Source: Catajapyx aquilonaris
Lineage: Eukaryota
Length of the DNA stretch: 64,000 nucleotides
NCBI GenBank assembly: GCA_000934665.2
Contig: KZ538332.1
Coordinates: forward strand, 1-64,000
Direction: 5' to 3'
In this document: one piece after another, positions 49,465-60,618 of the stretch
Numbering within the stretch: the stretch's first letter is position 1
Layout: each line of letters starts with the position of its first letter
Translations under genes and position numbers: made by a program
Notes under the pieces: generated by a model
The model's input: the letters and a program-made list of their open reading frames with translations, nothing else
Databases searched by the model: none
Told to the model about the DNA's origin: nothing

Positions 49465-51789
49465 AAAATGCAATAAACCATTTCATCATCCAATTGTTGA
49501 GTAATCCCCCCCACCCAGTTGTTACTATTTTTGAAATATGAGAGGAATACCAGTTCCATAAATGGTTGGGGCATATAATCACACTGGATGTAACAGGGTG
49601 TAATGAATCAAAGGCTCATCAAGGCAGATGATTTTTTGATCCATGGCATGTTAAAACATTCAAGTGGAAAATGCCAAGGCAATTAATATGTTCCCACAAG
49701 GCTTACAGCCACAGGAGCAGGTGTAGAGGAGGCAGGAATGTGTGTAATGGCACGAGACATTGCACAAGCCACACTTACCATTTTACACGCCAAAGAATAT
49801 ATGGGAACATTAATGCTATGATGCCAGTTTCCCTGTTTTACAATCTTTATCGGCGTGTGTGATGGTTATTGTTACTTGTATGATATGGTGTTTTCTGCTT
49901 ATTCGTGACACCTGATGCCATTATGCCTTGCTATTTCTCCAGTATTGCTTCCTTATGCTTATTGGTGTAACTTTGTTGAAACCTAAGAACAGTGGGTGCC
50001 TTTGCATTTTGCATGCTATTGTTTTTGACTGGATTTGGGTCAATGAATCACAACTGCAAAGATGCACCTTGATTTTATGCACCTCCATGAACAATGCAAT
50101 TTTTTCATAGGATTTAAACAAATTGTAGAATATTTTTTAGGAATAGCATAGTTGACGAATATTAACTTACATTATGGAGAGTGACTTAAAATGAAGAGGT
50201 TGGATTTTTTTAGAAGTGCAATGGTGAGGTTTTAATTGGTGCTTGTGGGTAACAATGCAATTTATTACATGTGTCCATTTAATTATTTTTCAAAGCTGCT
50301 GTCCACAATGTTAGTTTTTTAAAGAGGGATATTGTGTTTAGTTTACAACAACAAATGACCAGCACAAGTATTAGGATATTCTTTAGATAATTAACAACAA
50401 TGGGTGTTGGACCAGAGGTGTCTTTTTTACAACCTGCATTGTTGCAGTATTATGATGCCTCATATGCTTTTTATTACTTCTGTTTTCTTATGTTCTTGCA
50501 CTCCCATCTCATCCGAGTAATTTTTCTCGACTTTTGAGTATGAGTGGGACTTTGTACAGTTGTTGGTTTTTTTGTTATTGTGTGGCCGTCCCATTGTATG
50601 AAAAAACAATTATCTGAGAAAAATAAAAAACGGAAAGATTGTCATATTCCAACACGTCTAATTAATTAATATGGGGATTGGCAAATATTTCTCTTGGATG
50701 CAGTCAGATTGGTGGTCATGTAGTCAGTAGTGCATCTTGTAATGTTGTAATCTGCTGGAAGATTTGGCTCAAACTTGTTTCATTGGATTTCTTTGCTTAT
50801 GCCAGGTTAGTTTTTCAAAGGTGACACAGATGGTGATACAACACATCTTACACATGCTGTCCCCAAATCAAGAGTGGGAAATGGGGTTTATATTGAGGAA
50901 ATAAGATTTGATTTATTTTGGCCTTTCCTCTCATACATTGTGTGTCTGTAACAAGGTGTATACTATACATAGAACATGTACTGCAACTTCTGACATGGAG
51001 CATAAAGCTGATCTTCAAGGATTTCCTTCCTTGGAGAGCCTCCAACTTGACCGTGAACTTGACTAAGCTAAATCATGAGCCCTTCTCATCATATCAGTAT
51101 TATTAACTTGTAAACTTATGCAGTAGCCCAGGTGTCATTCTGTTATCCAGCAACAGACTAGTTTGCATACTTGACAGAGCAGACTAGACAATAACAGAGG
51201 TTAGAAGAGCTGTTGTGTGGAAATGGCCACATACTTTGGCCATTATCTTAACAATTTGCGGCATAGTGTTTGCAATTGCAAACACCAGGAAATATTTTTC
51301 CCGCCGTAACGGATGGTGTTTGAAAAATAAAAACACCATGGATGTCGGCTAGCTATTGCCCTCAATAAGAGACAAACTCGAAACTGCCAAAGAATAAACA
51401 GCTCGGCTGGATCCGGCTCATTGTACTTGCCCAACACCAATGAAGTTCGCCTAGCACGAAAATCACCTGCATGTCGACGTTACAAATACGGATTACTTGA
51501 TAAATGATAATGAATCATGTTTTAATCACACAACTTATATCCTATTGAGCCACATGGAAGAGCAATGTTGGGGCGAGATATCAATGCATTTGTTAGTGGA
51601 ACAAGACAAATAGGACAGTATTTATTTAGCGCGCCAGGGGCAATGGAGTTCGCCCAGAGTGCTAAACGCGCCACAAAGTTCGCCCACTGTTAAATACAGA
51701 CTGATGCGGTTGTGCCAGATGGGAAAAAAAGTGCAGGTCTCTTGCCCTGCGCCACAATGCCATGACTCATTGCACTCTGTGTCTGAAAA

Positions 51790-52600
51790 AGTGAAAATAA
51801 CAATCACGGGAGGTGGTAAGCCCATTCCTCCAGAGGTATGCAATGTGATATGGAAGAGCTCTGAAGAAGGAAAGTCTGCATATGTGCTTGGACAAGAAGG
51901 GCATGTGCCATGCTACAAGGTAAGGGGCATCGCATGAAGAAACAACACTACAAGAACCATCCAGAAAAAACTTATTATGGACGGGGCAACAGCAGCAAGG
52001 AAAAACTGAGAGCTGAAAAAAATGTGTCGCAAAATAGGCGAAAGGAGCAGCGACCAACCGACCATCAATTTTAAAATGGGCAGAGTGAACCGTTGGTGTC
52101 GTCCACCAGGCCCACCAGTCCTCCGATCCCAGTGTGTTTCTCCACCATTCCTTGAACTTCCATCAGGCTGCCATGTTCGCAAGCCATCAGAAAGGGGAGC
52201 CTCTGGGAGAAAATTGGCCACATTAACACTTACTTATCAAACAAATAGCAGCAAAGCCTATGTTCTTCCCACGGCCTGTTTATTCCTGCCATGGACAAAC
52301 TAACAAACTTTCCCATACATGTAAGAAGTTCTTGCAAATGCATTAAAATAACCATTGTTTTGGTGTCACCTTAGTTTGGTTCGATATGAGCTCCATTTGT
52401 CGCTCGGAAAATGTAAATATGGTAATCGGTGCCATGCCTAACCAGCTCCGACATAATTATCATGTCTGGCGTTACCGTTGCAATCTTTTCCCACAGGTGA
52501 TGGAGATACCTGATCTTTTCACCATACATGTATCTCCACAAAAATGTCCATCAGGGTAAGATCTGGGCTTCTGGGTGGCTAGGCACTGGGAAAATTCTCA
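51790..52600. mobile_element. Decayed Tc1/mariner-type transposase remnants
   Basis: Plus strand: GGKPIPPEVCNVIWKSSEEGKS...KVRGI, resembling a paired-like HTH. Minus strand near 52580: PPRSPDLT motif. Confidence 0.4.
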
Positions 52601-54491
52601 TTCACGACTTCACACATTGGGAGCAGGGCCGGAGAGAGGTCTAGCCGGGGCCCAGGGACGACAAAGATTCGGGCCCCCTTCGCTCAAATATAGACAGTGA
52701 CAGTTTCAAATTTTAGTTCGAAATTGCTGTCCGCAAGAATAAGGCATTGGAATTATAATGAAATGAAAAGATCTCGTCACAAAACCACCCCAACTGTTAA
52801 GGAACGAAATAGGCATTTACCTAAAAATCCCGACTCTAATAATAATCAGTAATAGGCTGTATTGACTGTCTGAGCAAATATATTACAGATGGCTAGGCAG
52901 GGATAAGCAGGTAACTTTTGAAAATTTTGCAGTACCGGTATGTAAATTACGGAAAATTGGTCCAGGATGGCAAAAAGTGTTGAAATGCAGCACATGAAAT
53001 ACTTCAGTGACTGGATCTTCTCATATGATTCCTGTACGCACTGATGCACATGTGCTTCAGTGCGTTAAATCCTATTCCCCTGCATGTAATTGTCATAGCT
53101 GAATTGAGCTTGTTGCATTCTAAGGTCCCACCTCTTCAGGTACTAATAACGTTTCATAAAAACAAATAGTCTGCGAGGGAAAAAATTACTACATTCAATT
53201 TGTCACTGTCTGTTACTGCCACAGACAGAACAGCCCTGTTTGATTTCATCATCGCAGTCGTTTGGAATGCATATTCGTAAGCACCCATGACCTATTATGG
53301 TCACCAACAAAGCAACAGTTATGGTTAATAATACGCCAAAGTCGTGGCCCGTGCGTGTGAGTATGGTTTCCCAATAGCTGCTATGATGACAACAAACAGA
53401 AGTTAAGCTGTTCAGCCTATAATATATTATTGTATTTAGATTGTATTAGCCAGGAAGTCCAATCCTACCATTCTGGAGGATCACGTTCACAGGCAACATT
53501 GCACACGTACCTTGCAGGACAGAGGACACTTTCTTTTACATCGATATCTGCCTGTCATAAGTCATGACCATAGCCTACCAGCCATATGGGCAAAACACTG
53601 AGACAGTTAGGTTTCAGAGACATGCCATGCTTCTGTGAAGGAACAGAAGGATTTTGTGATTGTTATAATCCTGGATTGTATTTTCTTGGTTGTCCCTTGT
53701 CAGCCTCAGATGATACATGATATGTCCAACCTCATATACGGCATAGAAAATGTGAATCAGGTTCTTTGGTATGATTCATCATATTGCTATTATCATTTCT
53801 TGAAATGAGGAGTTGTCACATCTGTTACTAAATGTCACATGTGTTACCCAGGTGAGTCTTTACCATAGGATTAGAGTGGTATGAGGTACTGTTAATGAAA
53901 GTATAGTAAATGAAAGCCTCCAGATGCCTTACATATTTAAAAATATTACACCTCTATGCATGAGCTTCATAACTCTGAATCGTAAGTGAAACTTTGTGAA
54001 ATTTTAATAATTCTCCTTACCAGCCATTCCTATCCACAACAAATGAGCCTAATATCCGCTTTCCGGTAAATAAAAAATAATACTCTCACGAGAGTGGTGC
54101 TCTCCGCTACATGGAAGCATTAAAACTTCACGATTACGTATACACAGTTGGTTTAAAAAACATCCACACTATGGTAACAGAAGTGACAAAGGAAGCCACT
54201 ACACACTGTTAAATCTGTAATATCAATTAAATTTCCCCCACCATATCATGTCCAACATGGGATTAAAATAGTACAGATGATTCCAAATCATGTGGTATAA
54301 GTAAAAACCATGAGGTTTAGGTTCCATATTTCACAAACAAATATCTGGATTTGCGCAAAAAAAATGAAAATGACCCACATACGACATACCCATGTGTACT
54401 ACTTGGTTAACTCAACTTTTCTGGCCTTCCTATGGGCGAATTCGTCAATGATGCGTCGAAATTCAATTTTTGGGCAAGAGTGGCATTAAGG

Positions 54492-54699
54492 CAGTGGTTT
54501 CCAACCTGGGGGTAACGGGCAGGGGCAGGGGTCGCGAGCCTTTGTTCAACTTTTTTTTTTTTTTGCAATTTCTGNNNNNNNNNNNNNNNNNNNNNNNNNN
54601 NNNNNNNNNNNNNNNNNNNNNNNNGGGGGGGGGGGGGGGTCGCACAATTATGGAAACATGTTTAGGGGGTCGCAGTTGGTAAAAGGTTGGAAACCACTG
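54492..54699. mobile_element. hAT (Charlie-type) MITE spanning an assembly gap
   Basis: CAGTGGTTTCCAACCT / AGGTTGGAAACCACTG TIRs; perfect 8-bp TSD cattaagg; N run 54575-54624. Confidence 0.85.
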
Positions 54700-55741
54700 C
54701 ATTAAGGCATAACATTCCCAAGGAGTTCAGTCACTGCTGCCCCAGTGATGATCTTGTCTCACTTTCTATTCTGGCCATAGCACTGAAGGATCGTTCCGCG
54801 CGGCAACTGAGACTGGGAGGGTACAGAATAAGAAATTCAACTTTTATTAATATTACCCACTTAAAAAATTTTCCATGCAGGTAGGGCCTTATCTGATCAT
54901 CAAAGCGGGGGGAAAAACCAAGTTTTGATGAATACTACCGGGTCACGCGGGCCCGGGGAATTTTGCCCCCCCTCCCGCCCTGACTGGGAGGCTGAACAAG
55001 TGAAACTTTCCTACGGCAGGATTGTTTGCATGGGGGATGGGCCTACTTTTCATGTGCATCATCAAGTAAAGGCCAGTCATCTTGCAGCACCTATGGGTTA
55101 AAATCACAGCTGTGTCTCCAGATATGACTGAGAGGGTTTGGCTTCAGACCGCATCCCATCTTATTTTTTTATTTCTCGAGCGACAAATGAAGCTCATATC
55201 GAAACAAACCAAGGTGAGACCAAAACTTTAGACATTTCTTAACATTTCAAAACTGAAATCATTTAGATATGTCCACAAGTTTTCGACTTATACGGTTTTA
55301 AAATTGGGACATTCTTTTTCGATATTTGTTTAACTTTTTCCAAACTGTAATGCATATTGTGACCCTTGAAAACATTTACCTTCAGTACTTGAAACCCTTC
55401 ACGAACTGTTTCATCAAGCCGAGCTTGATATAGTAGCTCCAAGCCTAATTCTAAAGCCACCCCCATTGTAAATAGCAATGGTTGTCCTTCCCCCNCCCCC
55501 CCCCGAAAATCACAAGTTTCAAATTGCATGAAAACTAGAGCATGTAGAGGAAAACAGATTTCAGACTTAAAGTCAGCGTTGACAAATACTTATTAGAATC
55601 AGTTGAAAAATCTCATGCAACAGAAAGATTTTTTTTTGCTAGCCTGTGTAATTAATACTATTACCATTGTGTATAATAATTAAATCTCACACATACTGTA
55701 TAGTAATTAATGCTATTACAATTGTGTAATAAATCTGGCAT

Positions 55742-55920
55742 TTAATTACACAGTTGTAATATAGTATTAATTACACAGTTGTAATATAGTATTAATTACA
55801 CAGTTGTAATATAGTATTAATTACACAGTTGTAATATAGTATTAATTACACAGTTGTAATATAGTATTAATTACATAGTTGTAATAGTATTAATTACACA
55901 GTTGTAATAGCATAATTACA
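55742..55920 (+). repeat. 25-bp minisatellite (~7 copies)
   Basis: Head-to-tail TTAATTACACAGTTGTAATATAGTA; degenerate inverted copies at 55646-55730. Confidence 0.9.
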
Positions 55921-56529
55921 CATTAACACCATTGAAATCATGTTCTCAATACCTTTCACATGCTGTTGACAGGAGAGGAAAAAATAACAATTATTAGGAA
56001 TGTGGTCCACTGCTCATTAATTTTGCTAAACTGCAAAATAGGAGTAAAAGTGAGAAAAACCCTGCTTTTAATTTTCAATTGAAGGTGAAACATTTACAAT
56101 GTTAATGTAAAAGTCTGCCATTGCATAAATTAAAAAGTTGATGACATTTATCCACTAACGATTAGCAATTACAGCCTGACTTCACAGATCGGCTGCAAAA
56201 CCTGCTGAAAATATTACTCTAACTACCTATTAGAATTAATGGCTAATTATCTTTCCACTATTAATTTCTGCATTTAAAATCTTACTGATCTTCAAATTAG
56301 TAATTGCTAATTTGAAGATCATTAATGGCTAATTTCTGAATTTAAAATAATAGTCAATCACTAATTATCTGAAATCTTGCTTAATTTTTTTAAATACAGT
56401 TATTAGCTTTTTAATTTTTTAAATGACTAATTAGACCTACTAATTTTAAAAGTTAGGCCAACTAATTGCTAACTTCATTAATTATTATTACTGATTTCTG
56501 CCTTTTCAATCTTGCTAAATTTTCTATTA

Positions 56530-57797
56530 TTCGTTACTAATTTTTTATTTTGAAATGTTGTTAACAATTGAATTTGAAACTGTAAATCAGGCCAACTAAT
56601 TTTCGAAAGGTAGTGTTCTAACTTGGGTCACTTGGGTTTCGTGGCGTTGGTTTTGATACATATCGCGAATTATCACACCAGTCGATAGGCGGTATCTTTC
56701 ATCGCCTTTTTGGGCTGGGACATCAGGACAAAGTCCCCGACCAGTGGACGTTCGTAAGGTGGGTGAAGCAGTTATTGGACACAGCCTCAGGCCGGGACCC
56801 AGCCGGGACCAGAAAGCACTGGATGTCAAGGGACACAGATGACCCCTCAATTGCCAAGGGGTATGCAATGCGCTACTTCGAAGTCCTCAGTGATAGGCCA
56901 ATCCAAGCTCCATTGAGGGGTTCGCTGTGTCCAGTGCTTTATGGCCCCAGCTGGAAGCTGTGTCCCAAGAACTGCTTCGCCCACCTTATACACTTCCAGT
57001 GGTCAGGGACTTTATCCTGACGTCCCAGTCCACAACGGCGAAGAAAGATCCATTGTACAGCTATGGGGGAAGGAGGAGGAACCTGGTTTTATCATATGCC
57101 AAGCTCAGTGAAACCGGCCCTAAATGTGATGGCTTTGAGGTGGGATAAATGATCGAGCATGATATCCATACACATATCTTAATAGCGATTATTACCTCAA
57201 CCTGGTTCTAAAAAGTTTTTAAACATTTACAAACAATTCATTTAATTTGTGGCGCATCAAAAAACTGTCTGATTTTTGGAATTCAGGTTAAAGAATTCTC
57301 AACCTGCAACAACAATAAACCATTATAACAATTGGTCACCACGGTTATCGGTTGTTGACGGTGGACAGCATCAAAATCCTGCCCCAAATTTAAATAATTA
57401 GTTCTATTAATTAAGTAATTAATTTTTTTTCAAATTCTGTTCACGTATAGCCCCCGAACAGTGGTGACATCACTTCCAATTGCTGATGGTCATTTGCCAT
57501 ATAAATTTTGTAGTGATACCGCAGGCTTTTAATTGACGTTTTATGGCCGTCACAATATGCTGAAAATTTTCAGAACAATTAATTGCTCTTAATTTGTATA
57601 GTGTTCTGTATTCCAAAATGGCGGAATTGAACAAAAAAAGTGTTGCACTGACCACCCTGTCCAGCTCCTGCCTCAAGTGGTGTCCAGGGTCGTATCCCAC
57701 TCCTTCAGCGGCCATGGCTCAGAGTCTAGTAGCTTCTTCTTCTTCAAGACAAAGGTCTTTTCCAGCCTCCTTCTTGGAGCTCAGAACAAACCGAACT
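56530..57797 (-). ncRNA. Candidate spliced long-hairpin RNA (hpRNA-like) / micropeptide transcript
   Basis: Minus-strand donor GTG/gtcagt at 57652; acceptor cctcctccttcccccatag at 57061; imperfect inverted repeat 56694-56851 vs 56912-57049; AATAAA at 56549-56544. Confidence 0.45.
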
Positions 57798-57799
57798 GG

Positions 57800-58550
57800 A
57801 AGAAAACAGGCCCGTGGTCGAAAGAGGCCCAGGGTTGCCAGACGAACAGCGTTGGCAAGGATGACCAGATAGATAAACGTTTTATTCCTCTGTTACATAA
57901 TTAGTATCATCCTCCACACTTTTATAAAAATAATATTGACAAAATGTAAATAAGAGGTCTGCAGCTCGCATGATTCCACAACAGCAATGCATGAAACAGC
58001 AATTTTGTATGCCAATGGTTATAGCAACTAATATAATAATTAAACCATTACAGGTGTCATGTAAATGCTGGTTATTATAATACCGGTCATGAAGTAGGTG
58101 TGCTGTCTTCTTTTTTCCTGATTTCCACTGCATTGCTAAAATTATCATTTTATTAGTAGCAACAATATAGCAGCTAGGACTACTTGTAAATATAATATTT
58201 GGTGTGATTTGGAGCTACGGTAGCCGGACTGCTTTATTTCATTGCTCCTAGTTAGCAGCTACGCTAGTTTCACCCGTAGCCTAGCAACAACGCAGGTAAA
58301 CACTCTCGATCAGTCATTTACACCACTTTACCAGGAAAACGTTCCAAACCTTAGTCAAGTCAAGGCTGTCAAGTCAAGTATGGGTGAGTAATACACTTTT
58401 CATTGCCAAAAAAAATTTGGTCAGTGTCTTGACATGTCACATGGTACTATATTCAAGGTAAGAAGATGCAGACTCCTTCGGGCCGAACCCGACGTCCCAG
58501 GAGATCGCCGTACATTAACTTCTACGTCAACATCTATCCGGTAAGGCACG
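57800..58550. promoter_or_regulatory. Probable divergent promoter region (NOSIP 5'UTR exon on +, hairpin transcript on -)
   Basis: CpG-rich; cluster of plus-strand 5' splice sites (GT at 58296, 58384, 58458, 58541); X-box-like GTAGCCTAGCAAC near 58276-58288. The NOSIP ATG exon has an acceptor, so a UTR exon is needed. Confidence 0.4.
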
Positions 58551-58989
58551 GGAAACGCAGCGTACAAATTCGGTTTGTATATTAATTGTGTTTAATTATT
58601 GAATATCCAGGACTTAGCTTCGGAGTTCCCCAATCAAGACATACCTGTCTATGGCCGCTTGGCGGGAGTCATCTGGCGACTGTTGACGCCAGCCCAAAAG
58701 GGCACATATGGGCGCCAGAAGAAACTCAACGGCGCCAGGCGTCAGCCACGTCGGCGTCGTTGATGGTCCACCAGGGGGCCGGATAGGAGGACGCGCTCCT
58801 GATCAAATGAGGAAGAAGACACGTGGTCGTCTTGTTTCCAGCTGGGATTTACCTTTACTCGCAATCAGTCTCTCTGTATGCGATGCCTTAAATAAATTGT
58901 GTGTGAAAGAGCCCAATGTTTATGATAATAATATTCGTATTTCATCTCTTGATAGAAAGAGTTAAGAGGGTCACAAGTCAGAGAATACT

Positions 58990-59400
58990 TGTGACCCTCT
59001 TTCTGTATGAGACTCGTGATAGAAAAGTATTTAGCTGTAAACAAGAAGGTTTTTGTTGCCTTTGTAGACTTAGGGACGGTTTCACCGAGCTCAGTATATG
59101 ATAAAACCAGGGTTCTTTCTCAAAATCCCTATCTATTTGTATGGGATTTTCCTAAAGAAACCTGGTTTTATCATATACCAAGCTCGGTGAAACCGGCCCT
59201 TAGAGAAAGCATAATTATGACACAGTAAGTAGGGAAGGTTTGTGGGAAGTTCTGAGTCTCTATGGAGTGAAGGGTCGCCTGTTGGAGACTGTAAAGTCAT
59301 TGTATGAAGAGAGTAGAGCTTGTGTTAGAACTAGTGGGGGTTTCTCTGACTGGTTTAACATTAGTGTTGGGGTTAAGCAAGGTTGTGTCATGTCTCCTAA
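58990..59400 (+). mobile_element. Non-LTR (RTE-like) reverse transcriptase fragment split by a MITE
   Basis: MRLVIEKYLAVNKKVFVAFVDL[MITE]EKA..YDTVSREGLWEVLSLYGVKGRLL...GVKQGCVMSP. Confidence 0.8.
59073..59199. mobile_element. PIF/Harbinger (Tourist-like) palindromic MITE; half copy at 57082-57122
   Basis: GGGACGGTTTCACCGAGC...GCTCGGTGAAACCGGCCC with TTA TSD; removing it restores GAC TTA GAG AAA GCA (DLEKA). Confidence 0.85.
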
Positions 59401-59990
59401 ATGGCGTAGGTTACTTAATGGGTACAATATTCACGGGTTTGTGAGGAATGGCAGTGTCCATTGAATTCTTCCGAATGGCTAGAATGTTTCCAGGTTGGTG
59501 GGAGGAGTCGGCGTCTGGAAGTTCATACTCAGGCTCTGGGTGCTGTGCAGTGTGCAGAACTACAAGTTTGGCAAATATCTCTTGCACAGTAATGCATAGG
59601 TAGACACCGGCAAGAGCTCTTGACACCGGTAGTCATGCTTGCAAGGGTATCTGCCTCTCTGTCTGTCCTACACAGCACTTGGAGTTCGTATGTGGATTTC
59701 CATAAGCTGGTTCTTCTCGCTGGCCTGTGGGTGTTCTGGTCGCTTGGAGGAGAATATTCTAGTCACTTGGTCTTGGAGGAATTTAACAGAACTTTGGTGA
59801 TTCCTCCTCCAGGGGGGTTGGGGACACTTGATTTCGCAAAGTACCGCGTTGTAAAGTGTAATATTTAAATTTAATATTGAGTGTTTGTCGTCTGAAATGG
59901 GCAGGGGTGGGGGGCGGGACGGGTGGTTTATAAGTTTATTTTTACAAGTTTTAATTTAGTTCATATTTTGGGTTAGCTTGTGGCTCCCGT

Positions 59991-60018
59991 CATCGCTGAC
60001 TACCCCTATAGGGAAATG

Positions 60019-60070
<52 letters not shown>
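59991..60070 (+). repeat. Retroelement 3' end with (GAT)n tail; the same motif occurs at 9702-9735
   Basis: CATCGCTGACTACCCCT(T)ATAGGGAAATGT occurs twice, each time followed by simple repeats. Confidence 0.6.
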
Positions 60071-60071
<1 letters not shown>

Positions 60072-60442
60072 AAAGATGAAGGAAAAGAAGTGGGATCGGC
60101 AGCTATAACCAACCATGCAACCAATCCCGCGGTCCAATTTCGAAATCACCTGGCCACCCTGCACTTCACTGTCATTTGTAATAATCGGAAATAATTATGC
60201 ACTTTTTCTTGCGGAAGTTACTCAGTGACCTGAATCGTGTAGGCACGAAATTATTACTTTAAATTTAATAACATCCGGTCCCCTGATGCGAGCGCTCTGC
60301 GTCTGGAAACGTTCATGGGAAAAATGAAGATGGAGATCTCCAAGTCGTCATCACTAGAGCACTGCTAGAGCCTAGAGCAGCAGTAGCCGTACCGATAGTC
60401 CTGGTCCTGTGCTCACGACATCCCTCATTCACTCCCGCAGCG

Positions 60443-60618
60443 ATGACCCGCCACGCGAAAAACTGTACGGCTGGTGCAGTATACACTTACCACGAAAAGC
60501 AGAAGGACGCCCGAGCCTCTGGGTACGGGTCTCACTCGCAGCGCATCGGGAAGGACTCCGTCAAAGACTTCGACTGCTGCTGCCTCACTTTGCAGCCTTG
60601 TAGGAATCCTGTTATCAC
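60443..60618 (+). CDS. NOSIP: NOSIP coding exon 1
   Basis: cccgcag/cgATG; MTRHAKNCTAGAVYTYHEK. Confidence 0.95.

Noticed and set aside
49462..49470. Stop-codon readthrough of CPT1
   Set aside because: The context TGA-AAA is not the leaky TGA-C type, and another in-frame stop (TAA) follows within four codons.
55742..55920. Regular 25-bp repeat resembling a CRISPR array
   Set aside because: No unique spacers, no cas genes, and a eukaryotic context; it is a minisatellite.
57719..57795. In-frame TGA upstream of the micro-ORF (RFVLSSKKEAGKDLCLEEEEATRL*AM...) as possible selenocysteine or readthrough
   Set aside because: No upstream ATG in the exon, no recognisable selenoprotein motif, and no SECIS that I could identify.
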